Assembly (NCBI GenBank): GCA_028534125.1
Contig: CM052817.1
Location: forward strand, 83,578,001-83,642,000
Origin: Lama glama
Taxonomy: Eukaryota
Direction: 5' to 3'
DNA: 64,000 nt
How positions within the stretch are numbered: position 1 is the first letter of the stretch; every line of letters starts with the position of its first letter. The notes below the pieces were generated by a model. It saw only the letters and a program-made list of their open reading frames with translations. It had not been told where the DNA came from and searched no databases. Below, piece after piece: positions 57,851-64,000 of this stretch. The position numbers and the translations under genes were made by a program.

Positions 57851-58899
57851 CTTGGAACAAAAAATATCCCCTTGAAAATTAGTTTGTGTACTTTGTATTA
57901 ATGATAATAAAGGAAGTTTAAAACTGTTAGTTCTGAGTTTTATTTTCCTTGATTCTGACTTTATTAAGAAGCAGAGAGTATTATTTTTTCAGAATTGGTA
58001 ACTGGCTTAAAGACAGAAAAGAGGGTTTCCAGTGTTTTCATACAGGAGTCTGTCTTATTTCTCAGAAATGTTGTAGAAGATAGTACATTTGAAACCCCCA
58101 AGACATTAACATTTTAGTGCGTAAAGGAATATTAAACTAATGGGGATAAAATATGGGAAGATTTTTATGAGGCTGTGAGTGGGCAAAACCAAAATGAGGT
58201 ACATGAACTTCCTGTTGCATATGGCAAAGTATCTTTTTAGGAAAATAATCCAAACTATATGTTTTAATATATTAGTGTTATCACTTGAGAAAAAAATTAA
58301 CTTTTGAAAACTCATGTTTTCTTGCAGCAGTCAACATAAGATAAAGTTACAGAAACAAAATAAAATATGTTTTCCTTTCCTTCTACACTATCAGTTCTGT
58401 TTACCATAACAAAAGGAAGATTTAAGATGGCCCAAAGAAAAGTGATTAAAATAATGCAATATTAGGAATAGTCTCCCATATAAAGTAAGAAAAGATGAAA
58501 GTTTTCAATTTGTTCAGGGACATGCTTAGAGGAAAGAAGTCTTTAAAATCCTGAATGGAATGGATAGAGAGCAAACAGAAATTTAATACTAAATTGCTAG
58601 ACCAAAAGCCTATTTGAAGCCTAGGACATGTATATAGTTAGGACAAAAGAAAATGAAATGTTACTTAGGGGACTGAGACTTAACACACCATGCCTACCAA
58701 CCACACAAACTGTCCAATAAAGCTGAAAGCTTGGAAGGAGTTTTATTTAACAGAAGCTAGGAAATTAGGCACCAAGCCATAGTGGAGAAGCAGGATTGCC
58801 AACCACTTCAAAGCAGTGAATAGAAAAAGAAAGTCATTTGTGAGAAATCAAAATCCCTAGGCTTGTGCCACAAAGTATAAGATATAAACATAAGCAGTA

Positions 58900-60880
58900 T
58901 CTGCGATACAGGAACTACAAACAATTATTAAAAATGTTCTAAGACCAGTGTGACTTCCTCAGGACTCCGATAGAAACAAATACAAAACCCCTTGGATACT
59001 TCTGTGACCCAGGGCACATAAAAATCCCACAATAAAAGCAGCCTTACTGAAGATGAATTTACAATGAAAACATGATGAATCGTTATGAGGAAACAAGCAC
59101 TGTATGGCCGGGTTGGTAGATAAAACAGTCAGAATTAAAGAATGTGATAAAATACTCTAAAACAGACTATAAAATTAGAATGTTTAAAGTGATTAGTAGA
59201 TTTTTTAAAGGAAGCAAAATAATACAAATAGTACAGTATGAAACAATAACAGACAAGTCTGAAACAAAATCTAAAAATTTTTAAGAGTGCTTGAAATTAA
59301 AATATGACAAAAAAAGGCTGAGTCATACAGGTTAGAATAAAGAGACCCTACACATTCTAGTAGAGATCCAGAAGAAACTGAAAAAAAGGGGTGAGAGGCA
59401 ATAATTAAAGGACAATGTCTGAGACTGCCAGAATCTAAAAAATCCATCCCCAGGTTATAAAAAGTTCAGAATAATTTTTTAAAAATCCACATTAGACATG
59501 AAACTACAGAATTTAAAAGGAGAAAAACAGAACTCATGACTTAACAAAGGAACAGTATTTAGACTCATCAATAATAATAGATGCCAAAAGATAAGGGACA
59601 GTTACTGTCAATCAAGAATTCTCTTTCAACTAAATTATTATTCAAAAGTTAAGATAAAGAAATATTTTCAGACCAAAAAAATAACAGTTCACCATTCAGA
59701 GACCTTTACTGAAATAATTACTGAAATAAAACTGAACCCAGAAGGAAGAAGGGAGGCAAGAAGCAATGAAACAAGTTGGTAAACATTTTGGTACACCTAA
59801 GTAAAAACTGTCTCTAAAATTTTGGAGAAGTAACTTGGTGAATTTGGGAATAGTTTAACCTCTTTCTTACTTTTTTTGGAAGCCTACACACACTCTGATC
59901 TTTCTCCTTGAATTTTTTCAGGGGCCGGCCCTAATGTGGAACAAAGTGTATTACTGTAACTAGGTAGGTAAGTCTGATAATTCTGGTGTGCAATAATTAC
60001 AAGCCCATGAACACATTTATCTAATACCAGTATAATCAGTAAAGCTTTTTTTTTTATCTCCATTGCCTACTCCTCTATCCCAAATGTTTGAAAATTTAGG
60101 TAGAAGATTCAGCTAAAATGGTAACTAGAAGGAAATTTATGGCTGCAAATAGATGTATTAGAAAATAAGAAAGACTGAAAATTATTGAGCTAGTTGTTAA
60201 ACTCAGTAGATTAGAGAAAGAACAAAGTAAACGTAAAAGTATAAAAGGAAATAATAGAGCAGATGAAATAGAAAACAAAGACATAATAAGGCAAGAAAGC
60301 CAAAAGCAGTTTAAGAAACCACTAGTGATAGGATCCAAGAAGAGATTCAAATAATATTAAGAATGAGAAAGTTAAATAATCACAAGCTAAATCCAGTGTA
60401 TCTAAAAACCATCATGGATGGCATATCAGGTTTATCCCAGGAATACAGGGATATTAGAAAAATCTTATCAATTTATTCACCACATTAACAGATCTAGGGA
60501 GAAAAAAAGATCATTTCAATAGATGAATAGCATTTGTTACATTTCAGTATCCACTTAGAAAAACTTAGCAAGAAAAAAGGATAGTTTTAGCTTTTTTTTA
60601 CATCATAAACACAAAAGTATTTACTGTTAAGCATGCGACAAGGATGATCACCACTACAGCTTATATTCAACCTTTTACTGGAGATTAGGCAGCATAATTA
60701 AGAAAAAACAAGAATTAGGATTAAAAATGGAGAAAAAAATTAGTTATTTCCCAGGCCATATGGTTCTATACACAGAAGATCCAAGAAACTACAAATACTA
60801 GAATTTATGAGAATACAGCAGGGTTGCTAGATACATTGATCAATATACAAAACCCAACATAGTTCATATATTCTAGCAAG
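58900..60880 (+). mobile_element. Ancient degraded L1 relics between SLC25A31 and HSPA4L
   Basis: A-rich L1-like sequence (ggtttatcccaggaatacaggg, atcatttcaatagatg, gatcaatatacaaaa). Confidence 0.6.
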
Positions 60881-61626
60881 TGGCAGACCTACCATGTATT
60901 GGCCTTTTTAGTGCTAGGCACTGTGGCTTTCCTTACATTATTTAATAATAAAAACAACCCAGTAGCTATGTTTGTTTTCTTCAACAGATTTTGAACCTGG
61001 CACTTGGATAGTTAAGTGACTTACCAAAGGTCCTATTGCTAGTAAGTTACTGGAGCCTGGGACTACAACCCAAATCTGTGTGACCGCAAGCCTGTCACGC
61101 TTTTAGCCAGTAGGTACTCTCACTTCCTCCCAGTAATTGTAAAGAATGGGGTGATAATCCCTTGCTCCTGACCCCAACTGTTTCTTTTTACTGATATTTT
61201 AAGTGTTTTTTAATAGGAAACTTACTCTCACACACTCAAGTTGTACAGACAGTATGGGGAAATAAATGATTCTAGGAGAACTCCAGGATATTTTGGAATA
61301 AATCTAGAAGGTGGTGGACCTAAAAGGATGATGGCTGAAGAGGGAACTGAGGAGACAGGGTCGAAGCGGTAACCCTCCCTGTAGCACCAGTCCCGGGCTT
61401 CTGTTGGGAGCTGCGCTACCCAACCCCTGCGGGGGCTCGCGCACTGCCTGCTGGGAGGCACTGCGACCACTCCTGCCAGGCGGAGAGGACAGAGGATGGC
61501 GTCGAGTAGAGTTACCGCTTCTCCCTTGTGCTTGTGAGATGGACGAGAGATGCGAAGCTTTAATGTAGAAAGACCAGGGCCAAAACATTACTGTACAGTA
61601 CAATTTCCTAAGTACTGCCCTTGAAA

Positions 61627-62118
61627 ATGGATTTCATGTACCTCGTAGCAACAGCAGCAGGAGCTATAGCCACCCTTGCTGCTGCTGCTGTTGCAGCATT
61701 GATAGTGGTAAAAAGTCTAAGCTCTCTTAAGAAGTGGACAAATAAGGATAGTGAGCGTACTGAAAAACTTCGTAAAAAAGTCTCTTTCATGATAACAAAT
61801 AGGAAACAGGAAACGCACAAGAAACTAGGCGAGAAGAAACGGAAAACCCACGAAGTGAACAACAGGGGACGAGAAACTCACAAAGTAGTGAACGACAGGG
61901 AAGAGGAAACCCACGAAGAAGTGAACAAGGAACAGGAAACCCATGAAGAAGTGAACGGCAGGGAACAGGAAACCCACAAAGAAGTGAACGACAAGGAACA
62001 GGAAACCCACAAAGAAGTGAACGACAAGGAACAGGAAACCCACGAAGAAGTGAACGAAAGGGAACAGGAAACCCACGAAAAAGAGAACGAGAAGGAACAG
62101 GATAGGCAAACTAAGTAA
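61627..62118 (+). CDS. Putative coding exon/ORF (163 aa): N-terminal hydrophobic anchor plus charged tandem repeats; candidate alternative first exon of HSPA4L
   Basis: gaaaATGG strong Kozak context, in-frame upstream TAA at 61609; MDFMYLVATAAGAIATLAAAAVAALIVVKS...; ends at ACTAA|GTAAGT consensus donor; no family recognised. Confidence 0.55.
   Translation: MDFMYLVATAAGAIATLAAAAVAALIVVKSLSSLKKWTNKDSERTEKLRKKVSFMITNRKQETHKKLGEKKRKTHEVNNRGRETHKVVNDREEETHEEVNKEQETHEEVNGREQETHKEVNDKEQETHKEVNDKEQETHEEVNEREQETHEKENEKEQDRQTK
61807..62097 (+). repeat. Minisatellite, nine units of 33 (or 30) bp, consensus CAGGAAACCCACAAAGAAGTGAACGACAAGGAA
   Basis: Directly visible; translates as QETH(K/E)EVN(D/E)(K/R)E. 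Confidence 0.95.
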
Positions 62119-63019
62119 GTGTAAACTAAAACTCGTTTAAATTTCAGACGACAGATGCTGATCAAATGAAGAAAGCAGACAGCTGGACCAGCGGAGGCTC
62201 CTTGTTTGCGGACCAAAGGGTAGAGGCTGGAGGCAATGCACAGGCTTGCCTGATGTCACAGGGACACACAGACGTAAGGCTACTTTCCTATAAAACGTTT
62301 GCAGAGGTAAGGGTTGGTGGAGGAGACTGCACCTTTTAGAATATGGTGTGAACGAAGTTACATGAAGGTAAAGTTGTCAGTGTGTGGTTTCATGACATTG
62401 TTGTTTTGGTATTTCAAGTCCCGGTAAGGAAAAGGGAAAACCCTAAAATGTGTTCACTGATCTTTCACGCCAGATACTGTGGCTTGTTACGAGAAAAGGG
62501 CTCTCCCCACCCGCAATCGGCGGCGCCCCCTGGGGCAAGGCGAGGCCGCCGCCCGCAGCACAATGGGCGCCACCTCACACAGCTGGGCGCGGCGGGCGGG
62601 CGGCAGGGCCGCGCGGCCGAACTGCGAGCGCGCCGGCCGGTGGCACATGGGCCCCTCGGGGCGGCGAGGCCAGCGGGTGGGTGTCGAGGATGCGGGCGGG
62701 CACCTCGAAGGGCAAGAGCGAGGCGGCCACTCCGGGCCAACGCCCGCCAGCCTGCGCGGCCAACTCCGGCAGGCCTGGGCAGTGTCCTGCCGCTGTAGAA
62801 GGCCTGCCCCTCGGTTGCCAAAACAACCCTAAGGGCTCCTTCCAAACACGTGGGCAAACCGCCGGGCCGGGCGGCTGCTCTCCCCTAGCCCCGTCGCGCT
62901 GCGCCCAGGTGCCGCGCGGGGGCGAGCGAGCCAGCTCCGCTTCCCCTCCTTCTCTCCTCCCTGATCCTCCCCTCTCCCCCTCTTCTCCCTCCCACTCCCG
63001 CTGGCTCAGCCGCCTCCAC

Positions 63020-63039
63020 TTTCCAGATCTTTCTCGAAC
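63020..63039. promoter_or_regulatory. Heat shock element (HSF site)
   Basis: tTTCc aGATc tTTCt cGAAc: four alternating nGAAn units, three perfect, about 375 bp upstream of an Hsp110 ATG. Confidence 0.75.
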
Positions 63040-63283
63040 CCGCAGCTACTCGGGCAGCCGTTGCCCGAGTGCTGACGGAAGCAGCCGAAGTCGAGGCCGG
63101 GAGCAGCGTCGGGCTCGGAGCAGCATCTCGCGCGCCTCCCCGGCGGCCGAGCGCGCAGGCGCAGACCCCTGTAACTGCCGGTTGGAGGCGGCCGAACCGC
63201 AGTAGAGAGAGACCTGGGCGGCAGGGCTGCGGCGCTGGCGGCCTCCACCTCCGAGGTTCCCTGTCGCTCTGTCCTATATTTAA

Positions 63284-63520
<237 letters not shown>

Positions 63521-64000
63521 TAAGTGCCTTGTCTGGTCATAACCCTAAGAAGCGTTTTCTCCCGACCCTTAACGTTTGTCCCGCCTGCTGGTTTCTTGTG
63601 ATGCTCGGAACTCTTGAGATGACAGGTGCAGTCCATCAGTTGCAATCTCTAGAGACCGCGGGGTTGGAGGGCCCAGGTGGGAGGCGGACTTATTCGCGCT
63701 GCAAAGCTGCTTTTCCTTCAAGGTCAGAGGTCTTAACTCTTAACAGTTTGCGCATCTCTCCTTTCTGTACTCGCGTACCCCGTCCTCCGGCCCACCACCA
63801 CGGCCCTGTCCCCCCGGGCCTGCTTTAGTTTTAGGGAAAGGGGTTGGTGTGGGACCGCCTCGAATTCCTGAAAATTGGAGAAACATCCCTGTTTACCCCT
63901 AGTGGGGCTTGTGTGGGATTATTGGTCGCGGGCGGGCATCCCCGCTAGCTGAGTAAAAAATTCTTTATTCATCCCTCCTTTCCCCATCTGTCTGCGTGAC

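Noticed and set aside
61807..62097. 33-bp repeats as a CRISPR-like array
   Set aside because: Head-to-tail tandem units with no unique spacers, in a mammalian genome with no cas genes
61608..62216. Hydrophobic antisense ORFs (84, 94, 112 aa) over the minisatellite
   Set aside because: Mirror images of the purine-rich repeat, lacking the Kozak start and in-frame donor seen on the + strand
63014..63025. NFAT5 tonicity element (TonE/ORE) for HSPA4L/Osp94
   Set aside because: - strand TGGAAAGTGGA does not fit TGGAAANNYNY and overlaps the better-supported HSE

Overview
Mammalian (eutherian) genomic DNA, most likely a camelid judging from the tRNA-derived SINE and L1 3' end types (inference). It carries the INTU - SLC25A31 - HSPA4L gene block, all on the + strand. 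Present are nine coding exons of INTU through to the stop at 29153, with four expected internal exons absent across a 500-N assembly gap; the complete six-exon SLC25A31/ANT4 CDS (34836-57191, 323 aa); and the CpG-island promoter and first coding exon of HSPA4L (ATG 63413). Introns and intergenic DNA are filled with L1, L2, SINE, LTR and DNA-transposon relics. The standout is an unexplained ORF 1.8 kb upstream of the HSPA4L ATG (61627-62118). It has a strong Kozak start, an N-terminal hydrophobic anchor, a basic segment with a KVSF motif and nine 10-11-aa charged repeats. It ends exactly in a consensus phase-2 splice donor that would join in frame, with no stop, to an acceptor at 63325 and on into HSPA4L. 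This predicts a membrane-anchored, 192-aa N-terminally extended Hsp110 isoform, which is a hypothesis needing transcript evidence. Exon numbers and repeat family names come from recalled orthologue and consensus sequences, not from searches; repeat boundaries are approximate.
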